This document shows, piece by piece, positions 48,301-59,100 of a stretch of DNA of 64,000 nucleotides. A program made the translations under genes and the position numbers. The notes under the pieces are model-generated. The model made no database searches and had not been told where the DNA came from. It was given only the letters and a program-made list of their open reading frames with translations. Position 1 is the first letter of the stretch, and every line of letters starts with the position of its first letter. Origin of the DNA: Phycisphaeraceae bacterium (GTDB lineage Bacteria; Planctomycetota; Phycisphaerae; Phycisphaerales; Phycisphaeraceae). Where the stretch lies: assembly GCA_963674705.1 (NCBI GenBank), contig OY771506.1, positions 1,952,001 to 2,016,000 of the forward strand. The letters run 5' to 3'.

Positions 48301-49764
48301 ATGATGGTGTTACGACGAAGAAATGTGTCGATCAGGTTATTGAGCGTTTGGCATCCCGGTTGGTATCTGTTGATCCTTGCGGTTGCCGGCCTGGTGTACC
48401 TGCTATTCAGTAGTAACGAGGAACGCTTGGATCAAACGCCGGGCGGCCGGGTGATCGTGCATTACTGGGAGAAGTGGCCTGGCTTTGAAGCAGAGGCGAT
48501 GCAGGCTGTGGTTGAAGATTTTAACGCGTCGCAAGACCGCATCTATGTGAAGATGTTGTCGGTCAGCGGGGTCGATCAGAAGTTGTTGCTGGCGACGGCG
48601 GGGGGGAATCCGCCTGATGTTGCGGGGCTGTGGACGCGGTCGGTTCCTGTCTTTGCGGAAAAGGGGGCGCTTGTTCCCCTTGATCCTTATCTGAACCATG
48701 AGGGGATTACCGAAGCGGATTACATCCCGTCGATCTGGGCGTGTTGTCAGCACCGGGGATTTACCTGGGCGTTACCCACAACGCCGGCATCGGTGGCGCT
48801 GCATTGGAACAAGCGGTTGTTTGTAGAAGCGGGGCTCGATCCCGAGAAGCCGCCGACCAGTATTGCCGAACTCGAAACCATGGCGGAGCAACTCACGATT
48901 GTTGAGTTGAAACGAGGTGGTGAATCGGTTCGCGTGCGATTCACGGAACTATCTGAAGCCGAACGTGAGCGAAAAGACTTTCGGATCATTCAGCTTGGTC
49001 ATTCACCGATGGTGCCGGGCTGGTGGACGCCCATGTGGGGGTATTGGTTCGGCGGAGCACTTTCGGAAGATGAGCGAACAATTACCGCGGCGGATGCGCA
49101 GAATGTAAAAGCGTATGAATGGTTTGCCGGCTATTCACAGAAGTATGGCAAGCGGAACCTGGATGCATTCGGCGCATCGTTCGGCAACGTCGCTTCGCCA
49201 CAGGACCCGTTTCTGAGTGGCCAGGTAGCGATGGTGTTGCAAGGTGTGTGGATGTACAACTTCATCGATCAATTCTCGCCGGGATTGCAGTGGGGGGCGG
49301 CGGCTTTCCCATCAGCGCTGCCTGAGGGTTCTGCGCCTGTGACGGTGATTGAATCGGATGTATTGGTCATCCCTCGCGGCGCAAAGCATCCGGATGAAGC
49401 ATTTGAGTTTATTTGTTACGTCAATTCGCAAGGCCCCATGGAGAAGCTTTGCCTGGGCCAACGCAAGTTCAGCCCACTTGCTGACGTTAGCGATTCGTTT
49501 GTCCGTGAGCATCCGAATCCGTTGATTCAAGTGTTCATGGACCTGGCAAACAGTCCGAATGCTGTATCTACGCCTCAGCTTTCGATATGGAATGAATATC
49601 AGGATGAGATGCAGGTAGCTGCGGATCGCATCAATGCGGGTTCGGCGACAGCCGGGCAAGCATTGGAAGAGGCGCAGCAGCGCGTGCAACGACGGTTGGA
49701 CCGGGTCGTGCGACGCTGGGACATGGTTCGCGATGAACGGTTAGCTGAATGGGGCGGGTCATGA
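48301..49764 (+). CDS. Carbohydrate ABC substrate-binding protein (paralog of 22282..23721)
   Basis: YWEKW, AGGNPPDVAGLW and MEKLCLG shared with the paralog. Confidence 0.92.
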   Translation: MMVLRRRNVSIRLLSVWHPGWYLLILAVAGLVYLLFSSNEERLDQTPGGRVIVHYWEKWPGFEAEAMQAVVEDFNASQDRIYVKMLSVSGVDQKLLLATAGGNPPDVAGLWTRSVPVFAEKGALVPLDPYLNHEGITEADYIPSIWACCQHRGFTWALPTTPASVALHWNKRLFVEAGLDPEKPPTSIAELETMAEQLTIVELKRGGESVRVRFTELSEAERERKDFRIIQLGHSPMVPGWWTPMWGYWFGGALSEDERTITAADAQNVKAYEWFAGYSQKYGKRNLDAFGASFGNVASPQDPFLSGQVAMVLQGVWMYNFIDQFSPGLQWGAAAFPSALPEGSAPVTVIESDVLVIPRGAKHPDEAFEFICYVNSQGPMEKLCLGQRKFSPLADVSDSFVREHPNPLIQVFMDLANSPNAVSTPQLSIWNEYQDEMQVAADRINAGSATAGQALEEAQQRVQRRLDRVVRRWDMVRDERLAEWGGS

Positions 49765-50648
49765 CAAGCAGTGAACGTCACAACCTGATGAAAGGATTGG
49801 CTTTTATCAGCCCGTGGATCATCGGCTTTGCAGCATTCGGGCTGTACCCGTTGTGCATGTCGCTGTATTACTCGTTCTGTGATTACGATGTGCTCAATCG
49901 GCCGGTGTTCGTCGGAACGCTGAACTACCAGGACATGGTGGTAGATACGGTTTTCTGGAAGTCGCTCTATAACACGTTCTACTTTGCGCTGTTCTCGATC
50001 CCGTTGGGATTGATGCTGGCGCTATTGATTGCGGTGATGCTGAATCAGCAGATTCAGGCAAGGCCCGTATTCCGCACGGCGTACTACCTGCCTTCGATCG
50101 TCCCGTTGATTGGTGTGTCGATGATCTGGTTATGGCTGTTCAACGGCGATTACGGCCTTGTGAATTACGTGCTATCGTTGATCGGCTTGAAGGGGCCCGG
50201 TTGGCTTACGGATGAGGGGTGGGTGAAGCCGACGCTTGTGCTTTCGGGTGTCTGGCAGATTGGGGGGACGATCGTGATATTCCTGGCGGCGCTACAGGAT
50301 GTGCCCAGGTCTTTATATGAATCGGCGCAGATCGATGGTGCATCGGCTCCGACCAGGCTGATGCATATTACCGTGCCGATGATATCGCCGGCGATCTACT
50401 TCAACCTGGTGATTGGGATCATCGGAGCGATGCAGGAATTTGTCAGGCCGTTCGTGATGCTTGACGGGAGCGGGCCGAATCGCTCTGCCTTGTTCTTCGC
50501 GGTCAACCTGTACAAGAACGCTTTTTCTTACTTGAACATGGGCTACGCCTGCGCGATGGCCTGGGTGTTGTTCGTGATCATCATTGTCATGACGTGGGGG
50601 ACGACCCTAATGTCGCGCAGGTTTGTCTATTACGGGGGGGATGGATAA
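49761..50648 (+). CDS. Carbohydrate ABC permease (MalF-like)
   Basis: LYESAQIDGA EAA loop. Confidence 0.93.
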   Translation: MTSSERHNLMKGLAFISPWIIGFAAFGLYPLCMSLYYSFCDYDVLNRPVFVGTLNYQDMVVDTVFWKSLYNTFYFALFSIPLGLMLALLIAVMLNQQIQARPVFRTAYYLPSIVPLIGVSMIWLWLFNGDYGLVNYVLSLIGLKGPGWLTDEGWVKPTLVLSGVWQIGGTIVIFLAALQDVPRSLYESAQIDGASAPTRLMHITVPMISPAIYFNLVIGIIGAMQEFVRPFVMLDGSGPNRSALFFAVNLYKNAFSYLNMGYACAMAWVLFVIIIVMTWGTTLMSRRFVYYGGDG

Positions 50649-52009
50649 TGAAGAAGGTACTTCAGCGGCTGATGCTTTATTCTGTTCTGATAGCTGGGGC
50701 GCTTCTATTCACGATCCCTTTGCTATGGATGTTGTCTACTGCGCTTAAGCCGATCGACCAGGCGATGAGTTCGCCGCCGCGTTGGTTGGCGTATCAACAG
50801 CGGATGATTGTGGACGGTCAAAGTGTTTCTGTGGGTGTGGGGGATCTTCCCGAAGATGCTGGGCCGGATTCGCCGATTACGGTCAGTATCGCATATCAGT
50901 GGGTGCTTGATGTCAACGGCGAATCGGTCCCCGTTAAACGGGTGGATAGAGATATTGATCTGAAAGATGACACGCTGGTTACAGTAAGTGCAAACTACCA
51001 TTTATATGTACAGCACGGGGGGGCGTGGCGGCCGGCGCGCATCAAGGAACCAAATGATGCGTCAACGCCAGACAAAGCAGTTGAAGTCGTGTTGGCAGAT
51101 GATGAAGACTACATGTTGAAGGCTCGTGTCAGTCAATCACAAATCCGCAAAACCTATGACAAAACAATCGAAGAGGTTAACTCGACGTTCGGTCAGAGCG
51201 AGAGGCTTGTTGTTTCGTCAGACCGATTAAGCAGGATTGTAGTGCCTTGGGAGAGCCGGACGGAACTGTCGCACGTGTTTGTCGAGCAGCAGGAAGCGGT
51301 GGCGGGCGACCTGGACACGCGGGTATCGTTTCTGTGGGGCAACTTCGGCAAAGCAATCAGTGCGATGAAGATATTCCCGTTTTACCTGAAGAACACGGTA
51401 ACGTTGTGCATCTTGACCGTGATCGGGGCGGTGTGCTCGAGTACGTTGGTTGCGTATGGTTTTTCTCGGATTGATTGGCCGGGGCGGGATAAAGTATTTC
51501 TTGTGGTGATGGCAACCATGATGATCCCGTTCCCGGTGCTGATGGTTCCGCTGTTTACCATGTTCCGAAACGTGGGGTGGATCGGCACGCTCAAGCCGTT
51601 GTGGGTCCCGACTTTATTCGCCGGGGCGTTTAATATCTTCCTGCTTCGTCAGTTTTTCCGGACGATCCCCAAGGGGCTTTCCGAGTCGGCAAAGATCGAC
51701 GGCTGCAGCGAGTTCCGCATCTTCTGGCAGATCATCCTCCCCCTGGCGCGCCCGGCGATTACGGTTGTCGCATTGTTCCAGTTCATGGGTACGTGGAACG
51801 ACTTCCTCGGGCCTTTGATTTACCTGACGGATCAGAAAGACTTTACACTGGCGCTGGGTTTGCAGTTCTTTCAGAGCCAGCAAGGCGGTACACAATGGCA
51901 CTACCTGATGGCGGCGAGCTGCCTTATCGTGTTGCCGGTTATCGTGTTGTTTTTCCTTGCACAGAAAACATTCATCGAAGGGATATCCATGTCCGGCCTG
52001 AAGGGATGA
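50648..52009 (+). CDS. Carbohydrate ABC permease (MalG-like) with a large periplasmic insertion
   Basis: LSESAKIDGC; C-terminus nearly identical to 24605..25594. Confidence 0.92.
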   Translation: MKKVLQRLMLYSVLIAGALLFTIPLLWMLSTALKPIDQAMSSPPRWLAYQQRMIVDGQSVSVGVGDLPEDAGPDSPITVSIAYQWVLDVNGESVPVKRVDRDIDLKDDTLVTVSANYHLYVQHGGAWRPARIKEPNDASTPDKAVEVVLADDEDYMLKARVSQSQIRKTYDKTIEEVNSTFGQSERLVVSSDRLSRIVVPWESRTELSHVFVEQQEAVAGDLDTRVSFLWGNFGKAISAMKIFPFYLKNTVTLCILTVIGAVCSSTLVAYGFSRIDWPGRDKVFLVVMATMMIPFPVLMVPLFTMFRNVGWIGTLKPLWVPTLFAGAFNIFLLRQFFRTIPKGLSESAKIDGCSEFRIFWQIILPLARPAITVVALFQFMGTWNDFLGPLIYLTDQKDFTLALGLQFFQSQQGGTQWHYLMAASCLIVLPVIVLFFLAQKTFIEGISMSGLKG

Positions 52010-52075
52010 AGCGGAAACCGGACACCCGCACGGCTCGCTGACACGACTCATCATCAAGTAAGACAAAACGCGAAC

Positions 52076-53203
52076 ATGCACAACACGAAACTACAATTTG
52101 CAGCTCATGGCTTAACACACCAGCCCCGGTTGCCGATGGCGTTCGGCCACTTCTTGCCTTGGTATACACTGAAGGCGGATGCGCACGCGCTTACGCCCGA
52201 TGAGTTATCCACGATACCCGCGCCGCCGCAAGTGATGGATAGCCGGCATTGGCAGGATTCCGGATCGGGATATCGTCGCAGCCATCTGGGTTTGCCGAAG
52301 ATCGGCCGATATGATTCGCGCGATCCGCAAACGATTCGCTGGCAAATTGAGCAAGCCAAGGCGGCGGGCTTGGCAGGCTTTATCATTAACTGGTATGGCC
52401 AGAATTCGATCGAGAACGTGATCACGTTAGCGGTGCTCCGAGAATTCGAGCGATGGAACCACGATCATCCTGATGACCCGATCTTCTATTTTCTATCGAT
52501 TGATTCACAGGCGCAGCTACCGACTGAAGGCAAAACGTCAGTCTCGCTTGAGCAGGACCTGCAATACATCCGCAAGCACCTGATCCGGGCCGGTTATCTG
52601 TTGCGTGATGGGCAGCCGGTATTGACCTGTTTCCCTTATCAAGAAAACATCAGCGACTGGCTTGATGCGATCAGCAGCGTGTTCGGTGCAGAAGTGCCTG
52701 ACTTCCTTTGGATGAACGAGCCATGCGGCAAGGGCGAGGCCGGCTGTTTCCTCTGGGTGCAACCTGATTCAGCAACGATCGATCTGACCAGTTCATACAC
52801 ATGGAACGACCCGGATAACATCGGCGAAGATTGGGCGGTTCAACAATACGCGCGTTGGTCAAACAAACACCTGGAATACCGTTATGGGATGGCGGGCATC
52901 TGGCCGGGCTTCAACGATACGCTTGTAACGTGGGCGTGGAAGCCTGAAACAAGACACGATAAGGCCAGGCCTCGCATCATCGCGCGTGAAACGGATAAGG
53001 GTAACACCTACGCGCGCATGTGGGACATCTATCTGAACGCGATCCGGGACCCCGCCATTCTCCCGCTGCCGCTGGTGCAGATTGTGACATGGAATGACTG
53101 GGCCGAGGACACCGCGATCGAACCGTCCCGCGATTACGAGCAGAAGTACATCGATCTTACAAAAGAGTATGTCGGCAAGGCGCAAGAACTATGGAAGTAT
53201 TAA
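52076..53203 (+). CDS. GH99/GH71-like glycoside hydrolase, no signal peptide
   Basis: HFLPWY, PKIGRYDSRD, WPGFND and VTWNDWAEDTAIEP motifs. Confidence 0.8.
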   Translation: MHNTKLQFAAHGLTHQPRLPMAFGHFLPWYTLKADAHALTPDELSTIPAPPQVMDSRHWQDSGSGYRRSHLGLPKIGRYDSRDPQTIRWQIEQAKAAGLAGFIINWYGQNSIENVITLAVLREFERWNHDHPDDPIFYFLSIDSQAQLPTEGKTSVSLEQDLQYIRKHLIRAGYLLRDGQPVLTCFPYQENISDWLDAISSVFGAEVPDFLWMNEPCGKGEAGCFLWVQPDSATIDLTSSYTWNDPDNIGEDWAVQQYARWSNKHLEYRYGMAGIWPGFNDTLVTWAWKPETRHDKARPRIIARETDKGNTYARMWDIYLNAIRDPAILPLPLVQIVTWNDWAEDTAIEPSRDYEQKYIDLTKEYVGKAQELWKY

Positions 53204-54417
53204 ATCCCCCCGTTACCTCATTGGTCCATTCACGAAGGCTGATCCTGACGCCTCGGCCAGGGTCGGATTGGGCAAGCGAGATGGTCCTCAATCCCGCTCT
53301 GATTAAGGACCCATCGAGCGGTCGTTGGCACATGCTTTTCCGCGCAACCGGTCCGGGCAAAACTCTGCCAAGACCGGACCAGCCCGCGCCTTATCCGGTT
53401 TGCCTGGGTTATGCCTGTAGCGACGATGAAGGCGAAACGTGGGAAGCGGACCTGTCGCGCCCGGCTCTTGCCCCGGCTATTTGTGAATCGCCAAACGACA
53501 TCGTCGTACGCGATATTCATGGGCATGATGTCACGAATTATGCAAACGGTTCTATCGAAGACCCCCGATTATTCCGGCTCGACAATGATTGCTATATGAC
53601 GGTTGCCTGTCGCATGTTTCCGCCGGGCCCGTATTGGATCAAGGACGATCCGAAACAATGTGCGCCACGATGGATAGCCACCGACAGCCACGACCTCGGC
53701 CGGGCTGCGCGCGATAACGTAACGGTAAGTGTTCTTTATAAAGTCGATCTCGATGCGCTTGGGAAGCGATTGTATGACGAAGCGTTTACTTACATCACTC
53801 ACCTGACCCAGCCTGAGTTTGGTGAAAATCGGGACGTGCTGCTGTTCCCCGAACGCCTGATGATCCACGGCCGGCTACGCTACGTTTGTCTGCATCGGCC
53901 GTGGGAAGCACAGCACTATCCGGGCGGGACGCCAACGCTCAAGCCTTCAATCTGGATGTGTGCATCAGATAAACTTGAAGGGATACATGCCGAGGTTCAG
54001 AGCCAGACATTACTCGCCTCGCCCAGATTCGCATGGGAGCGAGACCGCATCGGGGCAAGCGCCCCGCCGTTGAAGATCGGGCAAGGCAAGTGGCTGTTGA
54101 GCTATCACGGCAAACGCGATGCGGCGGAGGGGTACACCCAGTCGTTCATGATTCTTCAAGAGGATGGGCTGGGCCTGCCCCGGATCAAGCATCGCTGTCC
54201 GGATCGGATCTTGATCCCCCATCAGCCTTGGGAGAGGCCGGGCAAGTTCCCGACGCCCTGCCTGTTTGTGACGGCGATGATCGAGGCGGGCCCGGACGAG
54301 TTTGTGGTGGCCTACGGCGCCGCGGACGAGCGTGTGGGAATCGCCCGTTTGAGACGCCGAGAGCTGATCCAGCACGTCATGCGGTTCGATTGCGAAGGTA
54401 AATTACTCAATATATGA
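53191..54417 (+). CDS. Divergent GH130-like glycosidase/phosphorylase
   Basis: VLNPA, IEDPRL, NRDVLLFPE, WERDRIG and YGAADERVG motifs. Confidence 0.82.
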   Translation: MEVLNPPVTSLVHSRRLILTPRPGSDWASEMVLNPALIKDPSSGRWHMLFRATGPGKTLPRPDQPAPYPVCLGYACSDDEGETWEADLSRPALAPAICESPNDIVVRDIHGHDVTNYANGSIEDPRLFRLDNDCYMTVACRMFPPGPYWIKDDPKQCAPRWIATDSHDLGRAARDNVTVSVLYKVDLDALGKRLYDEAFTYITHLTQPEFGENRDVLLFPERLMIHGRLRYVCLHRPWEAQHYPGGTPTLKPSIWMCASDKLEGIHAEVQSQTLLASPRFAWERDRIGASAPPLKIGQGKWLLSYHGKRDAAEGYTQSFMILQEDGLGLPRIKHRCPDRILIPHQPWERPGKFPTPCLFVTAMIEAGPDEFVVAYGAADERVGIARLRRRELIQHVMRFDCEGKLLNI

Positions 54418-54553
54418 CAATAAGATGGGAATATTCGCCGACGTTCTCCGGCTTGTATAATAATTCACCATTATATTGAAAATTTCACCAATATTGGCTA
54501 TACTTAACTATATTGCTAATGTTTGTTGTGCCGCCACTGGCGGGTAGAGTTGT

Positions 54554-55564
54554 ATGAAGTCGCAAAAGAAAACCCCAGCCCGGAGTAAATATACCAAGTC
54601 GAGCATCTCGATTTCGGATGTGGCTGCCCATGCCGAGGTCTCGGTGGGGACCGTCTCGCGCGTCATCAACCGCCACCCGGCGGTCTCCGGCGACCTGCGC
54701 CGGAAAGTCCTGCTCAGCAGCAGAACACTCGGGTTTGTGCCGCGCCAGGTACAGCGCTGTGTTGCGATCGTGACTGGCAGACAGAGCACCGCGCTGCCCG
54801 TCGGGTATGTCAGCGTCCTGACTTCCATGGTGTCGCGCGTTCTCGCTTCCAAGCGCATCTCGGTTGAATTGATCGATATCGAAAATCTTGACGATGTGTA
54901 TGAAGCGCACATCGACGGGATGATCGGGATTGTTTTTGATGAACGCCTTGCCGATATCAAGCATGTCCCGAACCTGCCTATCATCGCGATCAATAAGCCG
55001 ATGGTCGATCGTGGGATCCACAGCATTTATGCCGACCATTACCACCAGGCGGTGCTTGCCACGGAACACCTGATCGAGCACGGCCACCGACAGATTGCAT
55101 TCCTGGCGATCCAGTCCGACGAATGGGGCAGCCAGCAGAGGCTCAAGGGTTATCGCGATGTACTTCAAAAGCACGGCATCAAGATCAATCCACAATGGAT
55201 CCAATACACGCTCAACACGCCCGTCTATGAAATCCTTGCGCGATGGCGCGATCGGCAGATCACGGGCATCCTGAACTTCAGTGAAGATACGTCGCTGGAG
55301 GTGTTGCACATCCTCAGCAACGTACTCGGCCTAAAAATCGGTTGCGACATCTCTACCGTCAGCCTTGAAGACTTACCAATCTACAAGTACTTCACCCCGC
55401 CACAGACCGTGGTGCGCCAACCGCTGGAAGACCTGGCGCGATTGGCTGTTGAAAGCCTGGTGAAGTTGGGCGATCGGCCTGATGAAGACACATCCTGTTT
55501 AGACATCTGCCTGCCCACCGAACTGATCGCACGCGACTCGGTGGCGATCATGCCCGGCAAGTAG
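54554..55564 (+). CDS. LacI-family transcriptional regulator
   Basis: SISDVAAHAEVSVGTVSRVIN HTH; HLIEHGHRQIAF; ELIARDS. Confidence 0.95.
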   Translation: MKSQKKTPARSKYTKSSISISDVAAHAEVSVGTVSRVINRHPAVSGDLRRKVLLSSRTLGFVPRQVQRCVAIVTGRQSTALPVGYVSVLTSMVSRVLASKRISVELIDIENLDDVYEAHIDGMIGIVFDERLADIKHVPNLPIIAINKPMVDRGIHSIYADHYHQAVLATEHLIEHGHRQIAFLAIQSDEWGSQQRLKGYRDVLQKHGIKINPQWIQYTLNTPVYEILARWRDRQITGILNFSEDTSLEVLHILSNVLGLKIGCDISTVSLEDLPIYKYFTPPQTVVRQPLEDLARLAVESLVKLGDRPDEDTSCLDICLPTELIARDSVAIMPGK

Positions 55565-55875
55565 TGGTATTCGAACTGTATCCGGTGAATATGAAGTTCT
55601 CTCGGGGTTTTGGGGTTTATATCTAGTGCGGTCCAAACCGTATTCGGGAAGCTCGCACCAAAAGATAGAGACTAATCCCACTGGATCGAGGATTTTTGTC
55701 CCGGATATGTGACACTTCGCGGTGGTATCAGGCGGCGCGAGAAGGTGGGGGAGAGGTCCGGTGCGGATCGGGCCTGCTTGGCGTTCCTTCGGCTATGGGC
55801 CACTTCAGTCATTTCAAACTGGGTAAACTGTGATATGCGGGCATATTTGATCTTGATCAAAGGTTAAAATATCTC

Positions 55876-55904
55876 TTGCATCTGCCCCCGGCCGGCACTA
55901 GACT
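55876..55904 (+). promoter_or_regulatory. Candidate sigma70 promoter
   Basis: TTGCAT-N17-TAGACT, about 285 bp upstream of ATG 56190. Confidence 0.4.
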
Positions 55905-56189
55905 TCAGTGATCTTAAGTCGGGCCGGAGGAGTGAGAAAGCGTGTGTTCTGTTGTCTCATTACCTGCGGTATATGCGCCGCTTAAAGATGCCGGGTCACA
56001 ATGTTACTGCACATCAAGGCCAACTGCGTTTTGGGATTGGCATCGCTTCGCTGCGCCGCTTCTGCAATGCTGCATGCGCACTCACCTGCGGGTACCAAGC
56101 CACATGCCGGCATGACGCACTTCAGTTATGCACAAACGTTGATGCGGGTGGGTTTTTCTTTTCCAGCTAGATGGTACAGGAGCCGGGTG

Positions 56190-59100
56190 ATGTCCTATCG
56201 TTTTAATTGCAACTACATCGCAACATTCAGTGCTGTTCTTGCCTTACTCGTAGCTCAATCATCATATGCCGTTGTTGCGACATGGGACGATGGTGGAGCC
56301 GACCCGTATTGGAGCACGCCGGAGAACTGGGTGGGTGATGTTGTGCCCCCGAACGATGGGACGGCCGATATCCTGTTTGATCAGAAGCCCAATCCATATC
56401 CTGAAACAACGGTGCCGTGGTCAATCAATTCACTTGAGTTGCTGCTCGATTATTACGATGGATTCACGCTTAGTGGAGAGCCTATCACGCTTGGCGGCGG
56501 CGGGATAACCACATCGATCTCCGAGTCTTACCAAAACGCCGGCACCACTATCTACAACTCTTTTAATCTATCTTCACCGCAGACATGGCAGATAGGCAAA
56601 GAACGGTTCGAATTGTCCGGCAATATCACGGCGGACGGGCATCACCTTACGATTGATAATACGTATGAAGTTGTCTTGTCAGGTACGAATGACTTCTCCG
56701 GCGGTTTATCAAAACAAGGTCCGGGTATGCTGTACTTTAACAGCACGCCGACGGTCAGTGGGCCCATTATTATTAATGAAGGCTCGGTATCCATCCCAAC
56801 ACCCACTTCAAGCGGTGTAATACTCAATGGCGGCGGGATCGACCTTCGCTCCGATGCGGATATTGCTTTACTTATTGCTCCCGGATCTACAACGGGTACG
56901 CTTACCTGGAACAATCAGGGTTCGATCACATTCGGTGGAACGAATATCCTCGATATCGGCGCTCTGGGTATCACCGGGCCGCTTCGGCTCGGATCAAATG
57001 GAAGCAGTTCAATTGACTCATCGGCAGCATTGATACCTGATCCAGTATCCAAGACGCTTTACTTCGGGGCCGGCAGCCACGAGTTAACCTTGAACAACGT
57101 GCTTGAGGATAGTCCAGCCGGACCAACGAATGTTGACTATGACGGTCCGGGTAGAACTGTTCTCAATGGTATCAACACGTATACGGGCCTCACCACGGTT
57201 TCGTCGGGTAGAGTCACTGCCAACACACCTGAATCTTTTGGTTCCAATCTCTCACCGACAATACTGGATGGTGGCGAGATTATTCTCAATGCCTACAGCG
57301 ATGAGCCTTTTGTCGTGAACGGCGGCAGCTTGGTGGCAAGCAAGAATGCGGGTTCAACAATCGATATTGCTGGTGGTCGGGTAGAACTTTCCGGAGCGGT
57401 TCTTGATCCGGTCTTTACAAACACAATCAATGCCAGTGGCGGGTACTTGAAGTATTACATTGGCAGAACGACTGGAACCGTTGTCGGCCCCATTAATCTT
57501 ATCGGTGGCGGGGAGTTCACAATCGAAGATAGTTCCTACCAGGGCAAGGGGACACTTATCTTCAATAACACGATAAGCGGCGACGGCACAATCATCTTCT
57601 ATAGCGCCGACAACACGATTGTAAACACCACCATGACACACACGGGCGATGTGGTCATTGGTAACTACTCGCAATCTGTGACTTTCGCACAAACGCAAGC
57701 GTTCGGCGGTGACCTGATTATTGATGGGGGCGTCCTGAACAACAATGCCCCGAATACTATTCCGGATTTGATCATTCTAAATGGTGGCGTGCTTGAAGGT
57801 TCTGCCCCGTTAACCGTGCTTAACCCCAGCATCAACATAGCGGCCGGCCATAGGAATACAATTAACATCCCCGGGGGCCTGGTTGGTGTTGATGAGTTCC
57901 GCATGGATGCGTTTTACGACATCCGCCTGCTGGACTTTGGGACGCTCAGCAATCCCAGCGTTGATTTGCAGAAAGGGCGTCTGGTGATCGCTGCCGCCGC
58001 CGCAGAAGCCATCAACGGGCCGATCCGAATTCCCGACGGTGCTTTTGCTGAAGTCGGAATCATCGGCAACCAACCCGTGATGGCCGACATCGACCTGAAC
58101 AACAGCACCGGAATCTCATTCTCCGGCGCGTTAACGGATGAAAACACCTGCTACATCGGTGGAACCGTCAGCCTGGGCACGGTTGGCGCGTACATTGGTG
58201 GGACCGACGATCACGGAACCAGTTCGGAAGCCGACAGCATTTATATCAGCGGCCGAATATCCGGCGGCGATCTGACGAAGGTTGGGACAAACTGGTTAAG
58301 GATTACCGGGGCGGACAACACGTATACAGGCGCCACCATTGTCCAAAGTGGGGAACTTATTGTTCAGGGAGAGGGTCACCTGTCAACCACCGAGGCGATC
58401 TATGTTCACGGCGACGGGCGCTTCGTCGTCGGTAATGACTCGGATAGCGGTAATCAAGATTGGGTGGCGGATCACATCCCGGTTGTCTTGGATAATGGGA
58501 TCGTGCAATTACGCCATTATACCTATCAGAAGTTGCCGGATATTGACGAGACTTTTGGTCCGTTGCGCGCGGCAAGCGGGACCGGGATGGTTCTCTTGGA
58601 CGGTTCCGGTAGCGGGGGATCTAACGGCGAAATGTCACTTCGGTTTGCCAAACTCGAACGTCAGAATACAGCGGCCTTGATTTTCGATTCTCCGGGCGGC
58701 TATCTCGGCACCGGTGATGGAAAGAGTGTTTACTTCACGGAAGAACCTGATTTAACAAACGGGATCATCGGTCCATGGGCCATTGTTTCTAATCCAAGTT
58801 ACAACAGATACGACTTTGCCACTTACGATTCAGTGAAAGGTGTCGGCGCTTTATCGGCAACAGGCAGGCCCGAAGATATCAACGCGGCATCCATAACGGA
58901 TCATGTACGAATCGTCTCCAGCGCCGAGATGTCGGCTGACCGGCAGGTCTATTCTTTAAATATCGATGCAAGTGTTGATCTGGGGGGTCACACCCTGTCG
59001 ATCGAAAGCGGTGGCTTAATTTTAGATGGCGGATCAATCAGTAATGGTAAATTAACTGGTGGTAGCGGATCGCATCCTGAATTGTATGTCTTTGCAGCAC

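Noticed and set aside
56001..56189. Upstream extension of the 1476-aa ORF
   Set aside because: The AGGAG RBS and the signal peptide support ATG 56190 as the start.
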